This document shows positions 1 through 12,508 of a DNA stretch of 64,000 bases, piece after piece. The DNA is taken from NCBI RefSeq assembly GCF_009914755.1, contig NC_060944.1, one strand, 5' to 3'. The translations under genes were made by a program, and so were the position numbers. The DNA comes from the human T2T-CHM13v2.0 reference genome, Homo sapiens. The notes beneath the pieces are model-generated. The model did not search any database. It worked only from the letters and a program-made list of their open reading frames with translations, and had not been told where the DNA came from. The first letter of the stretch is position 1, and each line of letters starts with the position of its first letter.

Positions 1-1589
1 TGAGTAGCAAGTTTCCAAAACACAGACTCTTTGGGGTAAACAAGAACAATGGTTTCAGTGAATTGAGATAGAATGAAGATGACTAGAAAGCAAGCTTTGG
101 GAGATTGGTACAAGAATGGTGATAGGCTTTGATTCACGATTTTGCTTTGACCGGCCCCATTTGTCATTTATTTGAAGAAAATTTGAAGAAACAATTGTTT
201 TGCATGGTGTTGAAATCTCTGTTGATACAAGCTCCTTTTCTGCATTCACCAAGTTCTCTGTGCTCACCACCTTTGGGTTTGATTTGCCAATGGGAGGACA
301 CTTTTAAGCTCTAAGGCAGAATGTTACCTTTCCATATATTTGCTCCAAATTTACATTCTCACATTTGAGTGAAAAATAAAAAGAAAAAACTCTAATTATT
401 TCATTTACTCCAGTAATGTCTAATATATTGCAGTCTTTGGAGTGCCAACATTTTATATGGGATTTCAATTGATTCTTCTCACCTTGTCTTTTGATTTTAG
501 GCAACCTGGGTTCATTTAAAGGCACAAACCCTATCTCAAGTTTTTCATTTAAGATACTGGCTTTAACTCTGTTCCTTCGCTCCTATCATTGTCATAATAC
601 CATTGTTTTTATATTAATAGCTTTACCAACTTGAACTGTAGATAGATATTCTAAGGTTTTGCTCTTCAAGAACAGATATAATAATTTATTAATATCTTCT
701 TTCCCCAACACCTCTCTTTATGATTTCCTAAACTGATTTTAATCATAATGTCTGAAATTTTCCCTTTTGGACATTTATTTCAGGAGTATACAGAACAAAG
801 AAAATTAGCCACAATTGGGTTTAAATGAACTTAATCAGATGATTTTTTAATGAGCAATGAGGGGTTGTCTCCCTCTTATTTCTCTTTTTCCCATAGAGTC
901 GGACCATGCAAAAAATGCACACAGAATCTGTAGCCAAAAGAGAAGCAAATCACAAGGTTGTTAATTTCTGGAACTTAAGTTTTGGATAATTTAATCCCAT
1001 ATTTAAGTAATATCTGAGCTGCTTTTAGTTCTGGGGCCAATGGGTGTTGTCACCCATCTCTTACTCAGAATCTAAATGATATAATTTGGCATTTTTACTT
1101 CTTTCTGCAATGAAGTGATTCTGATACCTCCTCTCCAGTAGGTCACGTGGACAAGGATGGTCCTTCTCTCTGGAAAGCAGGCCTAGGGCCCCTGCAGATA
1201 TGCTCACAGCACGGTGTCAAGTAGAATGAGCTTCCTGGTGATCAGGAAGTAAAAGAGAATGGGTGAGACTTTACACACTGCCTTTTATAAATTCTCATGC
1301 CCACAATATCTGATCAAATGTTTCATACTTTGATACATCTGATTGTCAACTCCTTCTGTGGAAGAAATAAGTAACAGAGCGGAAAGAGACCAGAAAGTCC
1401 TTTGTGGGCATTCCTTTTGAGTGGGAAGAAGGGGAAGAAATTACCTTGGGGTGGGCCAGTAAGGCTAAACGAGAACTGGAGTCTGTCATCCTTCACTTGC
1501 ACCATCTTCCTAGACTCTATTTCCTCTTATCCAATTATGTTTAACAGCTGGGTCAATAGTTGAATTCGATTGTGGCTGATATTTCAGGA

Positions 1590-1985
1590 CAAGTATATCA
1601 AGCCTAGTGGTTTAAAATAATAACCATTCATTGTCTCTTGTGAATCTCAAGGTCAGTGTGGTGGTTCTGGTGATCTTGGCTGGGATCATTCATGCATCTG
1701 CAGTCAACTGCTGGGTCAGCTAGAGCCCAGCTGGTCAGGATGACCTCAAATGGGATGACGCTACTTTCTTCCCTATATGTCTCAGCTGTCTCCATCAGAT
1801 AGCATGGGCATGTCTTCATGGTTACTGCCAGGGCAAGAAAGTCTCTGCATGCATCCCATTTCTTCTTGTTTCATTGGCCAAAGCAAGTCACACAACTAAG
1901 CCCAGATTCAAACTGGGAAGAGAATACACAGTTATAGAACAGGGAGAATTCAGGGATCCTATTAGTTGGGACTACGAATGCAATC
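1590..1985 (-). mobile_element. Old MaLR LTR (MLT1 family)
   Basis: Antisense MLT1 motifs: cctagtggtttaaaataata, tcatgcatctgcagtcaactg, tcattggccaaagcaagtcaca...aagcccagattcaa. Confidence 0.65.
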
Positions 1986-2039
1986 AAGAGAAGCAATGTA
2001 TCAGGAGAGTCATGGTATTAACTTCTTGATTCTGATGTC

Positions 2040-2210
2040 ACCCCCAAAGAAGTTTCTGTAATAATGAAAATGTTCTGTACCTATGTTGTTCAATATGGTA
2101 GCCACTAGCTACCTGTGACAACTTAAATTTAACTTTAATTTAAATAAAAGTGAGAAAATGAGTTTCTTAGTCACAATAGCTGCATTTTAAGCCTTAATAG
2201 CTAGCAGTAT
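2040..2210 (+). mobile_element. MER3-like hAT-Charlie MITE remnant
   Basis: aatgaaaatgttctgtacctatgttgttcaatatggtagccactagctac matches the MER3 core. Confidence 0.7.
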
Positions 2211-2587
2211 ACTAATAACTTTTTCTAATATTTTACCTTAAATCAGTGAGGTGAAAAATTATTCACCTACAAGTCTCTATAGTAGGTTAAAATGGGACAT
2301 TAATTTGCTATATTTTAGGCATTTTTGTGTCCTATTGGGAAGTGATTTAAATTGATTAGGTCATGCTCAGCCAGTTTATTCTTCTGGGGAACCTTTAGCA
2401 GCTTACTGTAATGGAGAAGGTGATATATCTGCTCTCCACAGACCTGCTAAAACATTACAGTGAAGCCAAGTTTCAGACATTGCTCTGTCTCACCTGTAGA
2501 CATTTATTGGCAAACAGGCTTGAGTCTGTTTGAGACATACCCTGCTCTGCAGGATCAATCAAGACACTGTCTCTACTTTTAGGCATG

Positions 2588-3048
2588 TTTTTCAGCTTCA
2601 CTGAATTGTAATTCTATATATTCAAGGCATACAATGTGATGTTTTGATATACATATATATTTTGAAATTATTGTACCAATCAAACTAAATTAACATAGCC
2701 ATCACCTCACATAATTACCTTTTGGTATGAATATGTGCTGAGAATGCTTAAGATCTACTCTCTTAGCAAATATCAAGTATATTATATATTAACTATAGTC
2801 ACTGTGCTTTATATTATGTCTCCAGGACTTACGTATCATGCAACTGACCAATGTCTGTCTATTTTCCCCATCCCTAGACCCTGGTAACCATCTTTTTAGT
2901 CTTTGTTTCTGTGAGTTCAACTTCTTTAGATTACTCATGTAAGTGAGGACATGCTATGCTTGCCTTTTTGTCCCTGGCTTATTTTACTTAGCAAAATGTC
3001 TTTCAGGTTTCAGGTTCATCTATGTTGTTACAAACAATAGAATTTCCT
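2588..3048 (-). mobile_element. L1M (L1MA/L1MB) 3' UTR fragment
   Basis: atattcaaggcatacaatgtgatgttttgat...taagatctactctcttagcaaat...ctggcttattttacttagca are antisense L1M 3' end motifs. Confidence 0.85.
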
Positions 3049-3052
3049 TTTA

Positions 3053-3171
3053 GTTTTTTGAGAGAGCGACAAAGGTCTCACTATATTGCCCAGGCTGGTC
3101 TGGAATCAAGCTATCCTCCTACTTTATCCTCACAAGTAGCTGAGACTACAGGCATGGCACTGTATCTGGCT
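3053..3171 (-). mobile_element. Alu monomer (FLAM-like)
   Basis: ggtctcactatattgcccaggctggtc...caagtagctgagactacaggcatg; single arm. Confidence 0.85.
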
Positions 3172-3289
3172 TTTTATTTTATGACAAAATTTATGTTTTC
3201 CAAAAGTCTGTTATATTTCTATTTTGTTTAAAGTTTTTCTAGCAATTTTTAGTTTTAAAACATAAATGCTAGAACATGCAGCAAATGTA

Positions 3290-4510
3290 ATTTTTGTTAA
3301 TAAGAAATTGTAATCTTTTGTGGATGGTAATGCATGATCAATTTTTGTAAAGATGTTAAGAAAAATTAGGAAAAAGATATATTTTTTGTTTACAGATTAT
3401 ATATTTCCCTACAAATTCCAGCTTTTATTTTATATTATTTAAACTATGCATTTATTTATCTTTGTGTTCCTCATCTATCAAAGGCTGAAAACTAATGAAG
3501 GCTTCTTCATTGGTTGCAATTTTGTCCATTTCATCTTTAAAGTTTTTAATTTATGCATTTGGCAAGCTGTGATTTTATGCATGCCATTTTATGACTGCTA
3601 AATTTACATTGTGAGTGTATATTTTAACAATAAAACATGACATTTTAATTTGAATCATCCTTCACTCGGAAAGAATGTAAACTTTTGGTAATGTACTATT
3701 AATATTATTCAGAAAGGGTACAGGATTGATATAATTTCTTAAGACTTGCATACTTAAGACCTTATTTTTCTTCTGTCCAAAGAATGCCGATTTGACTGTG
3801 TAGGAAATTACTGGATTACAATCCTTTTTTGTTTTTTTCTTGACTCTGCTTCATTATCTCCTGACATTTCTTTCCTTTTTTTTTTTTTTTGAAGTAATTT
3901 GTGTTTTCTTACCATGTCACTGTTGGATTTTGTTTTCTGTGTTTTGCTAATTCAAAAATGCATCCAGTAGTTGTCAAGTTGTAATGTTTTTTCTTATTGT
4001 TTTTGTTTGGTTGTCTGTTGGAATGTGTGAGCTTTTTTAACCAGCATACTTGAGTACTTTCTTGAACTCTTTTCTCTTTTTCAAAACTTAGATCATTATT
4101 GTCTTTGGTTCTGATTTTCCTTGTTTTGTCTCATCAGGTATGCCTATAAGTCTTAAGCTAAATTTTTATCCCCTAACTCTTTGTATTTAATTTTATACCA
4201 TATTGTTTTTGTCTCTTTATCTTTTTCCTTTCAGTTCTGAGAAAAATATCTCAATTCTGACCTTCACAGTCTCTGCCCCATCATGAACTAGATTTTCAGC
4301 AATGCTGCATCTGTTTTATCTTAGCTCTAGTGAGGACTTTAATTGGATTTTACAACGTCAGTGTCCTTAAAACCCTTCCCTATCTCCTCAGTCACCTTCA
4401 TCTCAGCTCACTGTTTTGTACCTTACCCTGAGGTTATATAATCATCTTCGTTATTTTTTCTTATACCTTTCTGTTTCTATTTTATATAGATGAAGACGTG
4501 TCTTCTGTAT
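3290..4510 (-). mobile_element. Highly decayed old L1 (L1ME-like), tentative
   Basis: Strongly T-rich strand with residual antisense L1M-like words (tgatcaatttttgtaaa); no diagnostic block. Confidence 0.4.
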
Positions 4511-4525
4511 TAATAGGACTCAGAC

Positions 4526-4815
4526 TTTCAATCAACGGTGTTTGCTGAACATCTATTTTGTGCTCAGGGACACCTTTATTAGGCACAGACATTATACAAA
4601 ATAATCACCCAAACAATTGTATACTGAAAAAATCATAGGGTGCCCTGAGAGGATGTAACAGGAGGCCCACTTTAATCTGGGGGGTGAGGAAGGGACTCCT
4701 TGAGCAGCTACCATTTGAACTAAAACCTGAATAAAGAGCAGAGGGAGCCAGTTACGGAGAGGTGGGGGAGAGGCTGGATGCTCAGCAAAGCATGCAGCAT
4801 GGCCCAGGAAGCCAA
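4526..4815 (-). mobile_element. L2 3' fragment
   Basis: ttcaatcaac...tgctgaacatctattttgtgc, then tgaactaaaacctgaataaagagcagagg. Confidence 0.65.
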
Positions 4816-5516
4816 AAATGCTGCCTCCTTCCATGTACTCATTGCCAAGATTTCATGAAATCATCTTTCCCTTAATCTGTACAGTTTTTTAAATTTTATT
4901 ATTATTTTTTGTTTTTTAAGGGGATCCTGTATTGCTGTTTTCTTCTTAGGTTGAGAGGAGTTTTTCTCTGGACCCTAATCAGGGCACAGGCCCTGTGGAT
5001 AAGCCAGAGCTCATCTGCCAACTTTGGTGACAGTGGAAATCCTCTCTCATGTCAAAGCTGAACTGAGTTAGTGCCAATGTGTGTAGTTTCCAGTGCATCA
5101 TGCTATCGAAGCGTGTTCATCTAGTATGACATTGCTGGACTAGGCGATGTCTTCTGCTATGCAAATTGCCTGATGTGCCTCTCTTACTAAAGAACACCCA
5201 GGCACGGAAGGGCTGCCAGCTTTCCTCGTAGGGAGGGGAAGTTTAGATACCAAATTCTGAGTCAGTGTCAAATTGGTGGAAGGCATTTTTGTCTTCATGT
5301 TTCCCAGCCAATAGAGCTGCTTTGTCTCATGAACAAGGACTTCATAGAGAGAGGACATTCCTTCCAAATTCTGAAACTAGATTACTCAGCACTCCTTGTT
5401 TTTGGGTGATGTGATCAGCTTGTTTTATTTTAGTTGTTTTATCGTCTGTTCATTTACATATGTTTTAGTGGTATGTAAGAAGTTGTAACAAGATGCTATT
5501 TTAAACTAGAAGTCTT

Positions 5517-6047
5517 ATAACTGAGAACATGTGGTATTTGGCTTTCTGTTCCTACATTAGTTTGCTAAGACTAATCGCCTCCAGCTCCACTCATGTCCCT
5601 GCAAAGTACATGATATCATTCTTTTTTTATGGCTGCAAAGTATGTTGTATATGTACCACATTTTCTTTATCCAGTCTATCACTGATGGACATTTAGGTTG
5701 ACTCCATGTCTTTGCTCTTGTGAACAGTGCTGCAATGAACATAGACATGCACGTGTCTTTATAATAGAACAATTCGTACCCCTTTGGGTATACAACCAAA
5801 GTAATGGGATTGCTGGTCAGCTAAATGATAAGACCACATGGACACATAGAGGGGAACAACACAAACTGGAACCTATCAGAGGGCGGAAGGTGGGAGGAGA
5901 GAGAAGATCAGAAAAAATGACTATTGGGTACTAGGTTTAATACCTGTGTGATGAAATAATCTGTACAACAAACCCCCATGACACACATTTACCTATGTAA
6001 CAAACCTGCACATGTACCCATGAACTTAAAATAAAAGTTAAACAAGT
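5517..6047 (+). mobile_element. 5'-inverted, truncated L1PA (older L1PA, twin-priming structure) with 14 bp TSD
   Basis: 5517-5819 antisense L1 ORF2 end/3' UTR; 5820-6047 sense 3' UTR ending cttaaaataaaagttaaa; flanks aaactagaagtctt (5503-5516) and aaaatagaagtctt (6048-6061). Confidence 0.92.
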
Positions 6048-6399
6048 AAAATAGAAGTCTTTTATGTGTTTTTGCTCTGTGAAAGTTCCTGGAACTAGTT
6101 GATTTTAAAACCAGTCTTTTGGCAAGTGAAAATTTCTTTTAACAGCAGAAAGGAAAAGCATGCATGAAGGTCAGGTCAGTATTCTTTATTAACCAGTTCT
6201 TTTATTGTCTAGTATGAACTTGCGGGGATTTGGGTAATGTAGAAAGATGGCGAAGAGAGAGCATTGATCTGTGTATGAGGATTCCCAGCTCTGACATTAA
6301 ATGTGACCTCCCTGGAGTCACGTTCCCTCTTTGCCAATGGAAGAACTCAGACAAGTCCATCTTTTTCAAGTTGTTCTGTAATATCCTAAGTCCTTGCCA

Positions 6400-6552
6400 C
6401 TCCAAGTGTACTCCTGCACCAGCGGCATCATATCACTTGAGAGCTAGTGAGAAATCCAGATTTCAGGCCCCACTTTAGAGCTATTGAATCTGAACCCGAG
6501 TTTTTAACAAGACTCAGTGATTCCTATACTTGTTAAGGTTTGAGGAGCGCTG
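6400..6552 (+). mobile_element. MER5A hAT-Charlie MITE
   Basis: accagcggcatcatatcacttgagagctagtgagaaatccagatttcaggcccc...tttaacaag...aaggtttgaggagcgctg. Confidence 0.8.
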
Positions 6553-7269
6553 ATTCTGCATGAGTCTATGATGCTAGAGGGCCCCTCATGGGAAAGCCAG
6601 GGGATGTGGCAGAGGGAAAAAGCAGGGTGTTGGAAGAGGATCTTTCTTCACTGTACTCTCTCCAAACTGCTTCAAACAGGGAAACCTCTTTTTTGCCTTT
6701 CTTTTCTTTTTAATAGATTAGCAGTGCTCATATATTTCCTTTCGGGAAAGACAGGTCCTTCTGCAAATAAGAAAATTCTTTGGCTAGGGTATCATCAACA
6801 TTATTTCAGCCCAAAAGCTTCACAAATACACTTTCAAAGGCAAGAGGAAGGAAGGCAAATTGATTATAGCTTCAGAGGAAAATAATTAATACAATACTAA
6901 GCATACAGACTTGTTTTCTTGGAGCTCGTGTGGGATTAGACTGTTGCAGGGCTGTTGGAAATTCAGGAAAGGTTACCTTGATTTCTGCAGGAGGGAAGAA
7001 ACTGGTCCTATACTACCACCAAGGCCCAGGAGAAACCCCATACCTGGATGCTCACAGAGCTCAGAGTAGGGGCAAGACAGCTCTCCCAATATTTCTAGCC
7101 TCCGAGCAAATTTTAAGGAATGTCAGATTTTTGGCATAAAGCATAGAATGGTCAAATGGCATATTATTTCTGCAATGGCAAGATTTATTTATATTCATTT
7201 GACAAGATGCATTATTAATTTCTGTTTGGCCAAAAAATGTTCATATGTCCACCTTCTATAATCTTCCCT

Positions 7270-7745
7270 TTCTCCCAGCTATCACCACAATAATTCTGCA
7301 CAATTACCTCCAACATAATGTCTTAAAGCATGAAGTATTTTGTTTTGTTCTGTTTTTCTCGCAAATCTGCAGGTTGACTGAGAGACTGGCTGGCCTGGGC
7401 CAGGCTTGGCTGATCAGGGCTGGGCTTGCATCTGAGTCTGAAATGTGCTGGCAGAATGACTGGAGCTGGCTGGTTTGCCATAGGCTCCACTGAGATAACT
7501 CAGGTCTCCTCCCCGAATCATCCACATCTCTCTACTATGCTAACCTGTAGCTGTTATCACAAGAAATTGCAGAAAAGCAAGAGAGAAAGCAGAAATGCAA
7601 AGATGCAAAGATGCTTTTTAAGCCTTTACTTTCCTCCCATTTGCTAACTTCCCATTGACTTGAAGAAGTCCCATGGGCACCTCCAGGGTAGAAAGCCTCA
7701 GGGTAAAGGGTGTGAATACATGGAGGGCATTCATTAAACAAACTT
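7270..7745 (-). mobile_element. Old MaLR LTR (MLT1 family)
   Basis: caaatctgcaggttgactg...cttggctgatcagggctgggcttgcat...tttgctaacttcccattgac. Confidence 0.6.
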
Positions 7746-7864
7746 GATTGGATTTAAATCAATTAAATTGAATATCAAGCTGACACATATGATCTTAAAA
7801 CAGGAATTGGCAGGAAACCAGCTTAAGAAATGCTAAAAAGTTGAGTGACTTAGGAATAAAGTCT

Positions 7865-8195
7865 AAGTTCATGCCCTTTGCAGGGACATGGATGAAGCTG
7901 GAAACCATCATTCTCAGCAAACTAACACAGGAACAGAAAACCAAACGCCATGTGTTCTCAGTCATAAGTGAGAGTTGAACAATGAGACCACATGGACACA
8001 GGGACGGGAACATCACACACCAGGGCCTATCGGGGGTGGGGGGTAAGGGGAGAGATAGCATGAGGAGAAATATCTAATGTAGATGATGGGTTGATGGGTG
8101 CAGCAAATCACCATGGCAGTTGTATACCTATGTAACAAACCTGCACATTCTGCACATGTATCCCAGAACTTAAAGTATGATCATAAATAAATAAA
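7865..8195 (+). mobile_element. L1PA (about L1PA6-8) 3' end
   Basis: cctttgcagggacatggatgaagctggaaaccatcattctcagcaaactaacacaggaacagaaaacc...cccagaacttaaagtat plus (taaa)n tail. Confidence 0.95.
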
Positions 8196-10036
8196 TTCTC
8201 AGAACATGGCTACCTCAGACAGATGGGGTTTGTTGCATTACAATAAGAAATAGGCACAGGTACAAAGTGAAGAGATTGACGACTTTTCAATCAGCCAGTT
8301 AGATTAAAATAACATGAGGAAAGGCCTATGGCAAGTATTCTATTTTTTCCTGTTTCTGGTTTGGGAGATACCATGCCCTGTCTTGCGTATTAACTCTCTA
8401 AACAAAGGCATGGTGTACTGCTGCCCAATTGATTTATGACTAATTCAACTTTACACGGTACTAATGTGATATTTACATGTGACCAATCATCTCTGCCAAG
8501 TACTTCTTCCATGGTCGACTTAGGCCCTCCTGTCAGGCACTGCCTTTAAAGTGCTTTTATGTAAGCATTTAATAAAGCCATGTGGCTGGCAATTACTGCA
8601 AGAAATGTTTATCTCCTGAATCTTAGATAGTCAGAAATAAGCTATGTGACTGACATACTCCTTTATCTCAGAACAAGCTTTGCTGGAGATGTCCAAACCT
8701 GGGAGGAAAACTCAGACTGAAATCTGTGAACTATCCTAAGTATATCAGGAATAACCCAGACTAATTTGAGTCTTGTTTTCCCTCCTACTGGGGACAGGAG
8801 CATGTGGGGTGGGAAGGTTAATGTAGTGCAGCCTTATCGCCTTTGGGCAATTCTGCCAACTTGGAATAGTTTTGTGTCTCTTCTCTGAAAAGGAAATGTG
8901 CTTTGCCATAGTGATAAGGAGGATAGTAAAGAGGTCAATCCAGGGAGATGAGGATGCCTACCAATGCTCCCTGTTCTACCCGGGATTATTATGAATCTAG
9001 GAAGTGAGAGGCTACAGTTAATTTTAGTTCTGAGTAATTCAGTCTCTAAGGGCTTTCTTTGAGAAATACAAATAACTCAACAGAACCTTGACAAAAAGGC
9101 CACATTCTATGCACCCAGGGCGAGGGCCCACATTTGATTTTTACACAGGAGTCAACTCAGACCTAATTCAACAAAGACAAAAATAAGATTTCTATACTTT
9201 TCAAGAATCTGTTATGCTCATCTTCCATGCCTTTGCTAAATAGAATAATTTTGCTCTATGGCTCAGGAAAAAAAGAGCAGGAATTGGTAATAACTTCCTT
9301 CTAATCATTATATCATTTTTTTTATGGCAAAGGAGAAATTTTCAAGGCCTTGAATACTAATAAGGTGCCATACTGCTGACAGGAACCATGTATAGTGAGA
9401 GGAGTTCATACCTAACTTCTGGGCAAACTTTCCTAAAAAAGCCACACTCTTCCATATGCATGAGAAAAGAGGAGGAGGAAACTCTTAGATACAACCTGAA
9501 TATTGGTCCCTGTCTCCTGCTTTCATAACTCTTCTCTCTCCTTTCATGGACCTCTTTTCTATTTTCTCTCAGTAGCTCAGAATACCATCTACCTTCCTAT
9601 TTAAAACCTATCTTGCTCACCTCTTATCTTCCAACTCTATACTTAAGTCAAGAAGATTTTTAGGATATTCTGGAGGTGCAAACCTTAGGCCTCCAAAAGA
9701 GCAAAATAATCTAAATAAGTGAATGAGTGGATGCATGGGTGAATCAATAAATGGATGAATAAATGAATAAATAAAATATGTTCCACTCTCTCTTCAGCCA
9801 ATCCCAACAAAACAGAAATAATACAATAAACTTTCATTCACCTTCAGTACGACGGAGTTCCCAGGTCAATTAAGGTTGAGACTTCTCCCAGAATTATGGG
9901 AACCACAATCATGTCATTAAATAGGTGCATTTTCAGATTATTGGCATCTCAGGAAAGCTCAGAACTCCCTTTTCTCCATAGTTCCTCTGCCCCCACCACT
10001 TATACTGCCAGACTGTGGGGAGAGAAGTCATTCCAG

Positions 10037-10775
10037 AGCAATGCTATCCAATAGAAAATTACTGTGAGCTACACATATAATTTTACATCTTCTGGTAGTC
10101 ATTTTTAAAGAAAAGTAGACAGTGTTTTATGTGTTGAGTCCCAGCAAAAAGTTATGTTGGAGTTCCAATCCCTGATACCTCAGAACGTGATCTTATTTGG
10201 AAATGGGGTCTTTACAGAAGTTAGGAAATTAAACTGAGGACATTAGTGTGGGCCTTAATCCAATATGACTGATGTTCTTATAAAAAGGGAAAATTTGGAC
10301 ACAGAAACCAAAATGCATAGAGGGCAGGTAAGGGGAATAGACACAGAGAGAAGACAGCCTTCTGCAAGCCAAGGAGAGAAGCCTGGACAGATGTTTCCCT
10401 CACAGCCCTCCAAAGGAACCCACCCTGTTGACACCTCGATTTTAGACTTCTAGCCTCCAGAATAGTCAGACAATAAATAATCAGTTGTTTAAGCCGTCTA
10501 GTTTCTGGTACTTGGTTAATGGTAACTCTAACAAACTCACAGCACAAAACCTAACACAGTGAAAAGATATTGTAATAATATGTTTTATTTAACCTATTTG
10601 ATAATATTTAATATATCAAAATTATTATTATTCCACATGAAATCAACATAAAAATAGTTTACATTCTTCCAAATCCAGTGTGGGTTTGACTTTTACAGCA
10701 CATCTCAATGTGGACTCACCGCATCTCAAGTGCTCAGTAACCATGTGCGGCTTGTTCCCCATCGGACAGCACAAG
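10037..10775 (+). mobile_element. MER33 hAT MITE split by a nested MLT1B-like LTR
   Basis: Left half tgctatccaatagaaa (10037-10124); right half resumes at 10557 and ends cacatctcaatgtggactcaccgcatctcaagtgctc...ggacagcac. Confidence 0.85.
10125..10556 (+). mobile_element. MLT1B-like MaLR solo LTR with 5 bp TSD cagtg
   Basis: tacctcagaacgtgatcttatttggaaatggggtctttacaga...ccctcacagccctccaaaggaacc...ctaaca; cagtg at 10120-10124 and 10557-10561. Confidence 0.9.
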
Positions 10776-11689
10776 TCTAAGATGAGCTGAGTCATGCGGG
10801 AAGGGCCCTGCTCCCCACTTCCCCAAGAAGAATAAGTGCACATCCACTGCCCCAGGGAACTGTACAGTTGGGAGCATCTGGGGACTTTAACTTCATGTCA
10901 GAGGATACTACATTTTTTAAAAAAGCATTCCATGTTTTTCCATTCATATGGCTTCTGTTTTTAAAGGTTCATGTATTTCGAAACCTGACAATAGGGTGCA
11001 TTTCCTGCTTGGGCAAATGGACCGATTCAGTGTTATTACTTTCATTATACAAATGCAAACTTTACAAGCAATTTACCATAGAAACTGAGAAAAAAACCCA
11101 CCTTCTTCCAACTAAAAATATAACAGTCTCTATATAAATATGCACAACCATATGATGAACAATTTCTGGGGCAGAGAGCTCCATTTTATTTCCCTTAAAG
11201 AAGTCAGTGTGGTGGATCTTGAGTGCTATGTGCAGGCACGGATTCCTCATCCACATGCCCACCACAGGCGGGCGGGCAGTGCCTTCATCCTTGGGTTGGC
11301 CCTTCAACTCTGACTCTTCTATCTGTTGCATGGCACCAGAAGAAAAGAGCAGAGGGAGAAGACATTTCTCATATTGGTCAACTTTCTTTTTATAGCTTAA
11401 AAAATAAACATTCACAAATAAATATGGTTTATCTTGCCAAATACCTTTTCCAAGAAAAATAAGCACTGCCTGGAAAAGCTGGCACAAACTACTAATAAAT
11501 GGGAGAGTTATCCAGGTAGATTCTAGTAGGGGAGAGAAAACGGAGTCCTGTAAAATTATGAGGAAAATGGGAGCATGAAAAGTATGAGACTGTGTTGAGA
11601 AAGGCACTGAGGCTGGCATTAGTCTGGGCCCGGGAGGGCCCTCCTCTATTTGTCTGCTTTTCATCTTTTTCCTTATGACTCTGTCCTCT

Positions 11690-12300
11690 CTTTGGTGTGA
11701 CATCACCCATTACCACGGCTTCACTTGCCATATGTATTTCACTGATGGTCTCTAAGCCACTCACCGGCCCGGACCAAACTCTGACCCTCCAGAACCTTCT
11801 TTTTGCCTACTGTCCATCCTCATTCCCGGTTTCTCCAGCAGACCAAACTCCAGGTAGCAACAGCCTCAGCTTTTCCTCCTGAGCTTCTCCTCTTCTTGGC
11901 TTTCCTCCTGGCATAATGCACACCATTTATCACCTGAACGCTAAGGATCACACGTGACTCCTTTCTCCTCCTCATTCTCCACCTCCAGTCAGCCCCTGAG
12001 CCTCATGCCTGTTGCTGCTTAAAAACCACTTGAATCTCTGCTTCTCTTCGATCACTGGCACTGCACTGCCCACCTCAGGCCAAGCCACTGTCATTTCCCA
12101 CCTGGACCATGAGGCAGCTTCCTCATGGGAAGCTACTTTCCATGATTCTGTTCCTTCCAGTTTGTCCTCCAAGCTTTAGATGGAGGGATTTCCAAAACAG
12201 GCAGATGTGATTAAGTGCTTGCTGGTTTTCATGCTTCTGTGGTTCCTCATTTCCCTGAGATTAAAGTCTCCATGTTCCTGCATGTTCCAGCAGCTGCCCC
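11690..12300 (+). mobile_element. L2 fragment (continues at 13395-13660)
   Basis: gactcctttctcctcctcattctccacctccagtcag...caggccaagccactgtcatttcccacctggac typical of the L2 3' region. Confidence 0.65.
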
Positions 12301-12324
12301 ATCACTTTCCTCTCTCTGTTGGGT

Positions 12325-12508
12325 TCTACAGTGAATCTGAAGGTGAGGTGCCAATTGAGCAGCCTGACTCTCCTGGGAAGTTGTTAGAAAGGCAAATGCC
12401 AGGGTCCTCCATGACTTAGTTAATCTGAACCTTTGGGGCAGTGGTCAACATCTGTGTTTTTTAACAAGGCCTCCAGGGGATTCTGGTACATGGTCAAGTT
12501 TAAGAACT
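12325..12508 (+). mobile_element. MER5A MITE
   Basis: ctcctgggaagttgttagaaaggcaaatg...tctgtgttttttaacaaggcctccaggggattctg...caagtttaagaac. Confidence 0.8.

Noticed and set aside
11258-11283. Possible CTCF site ccaccacaggcgggcgggcagtg
   Set aside because: Poor register match to the CTCF core; only a GC-box-like word
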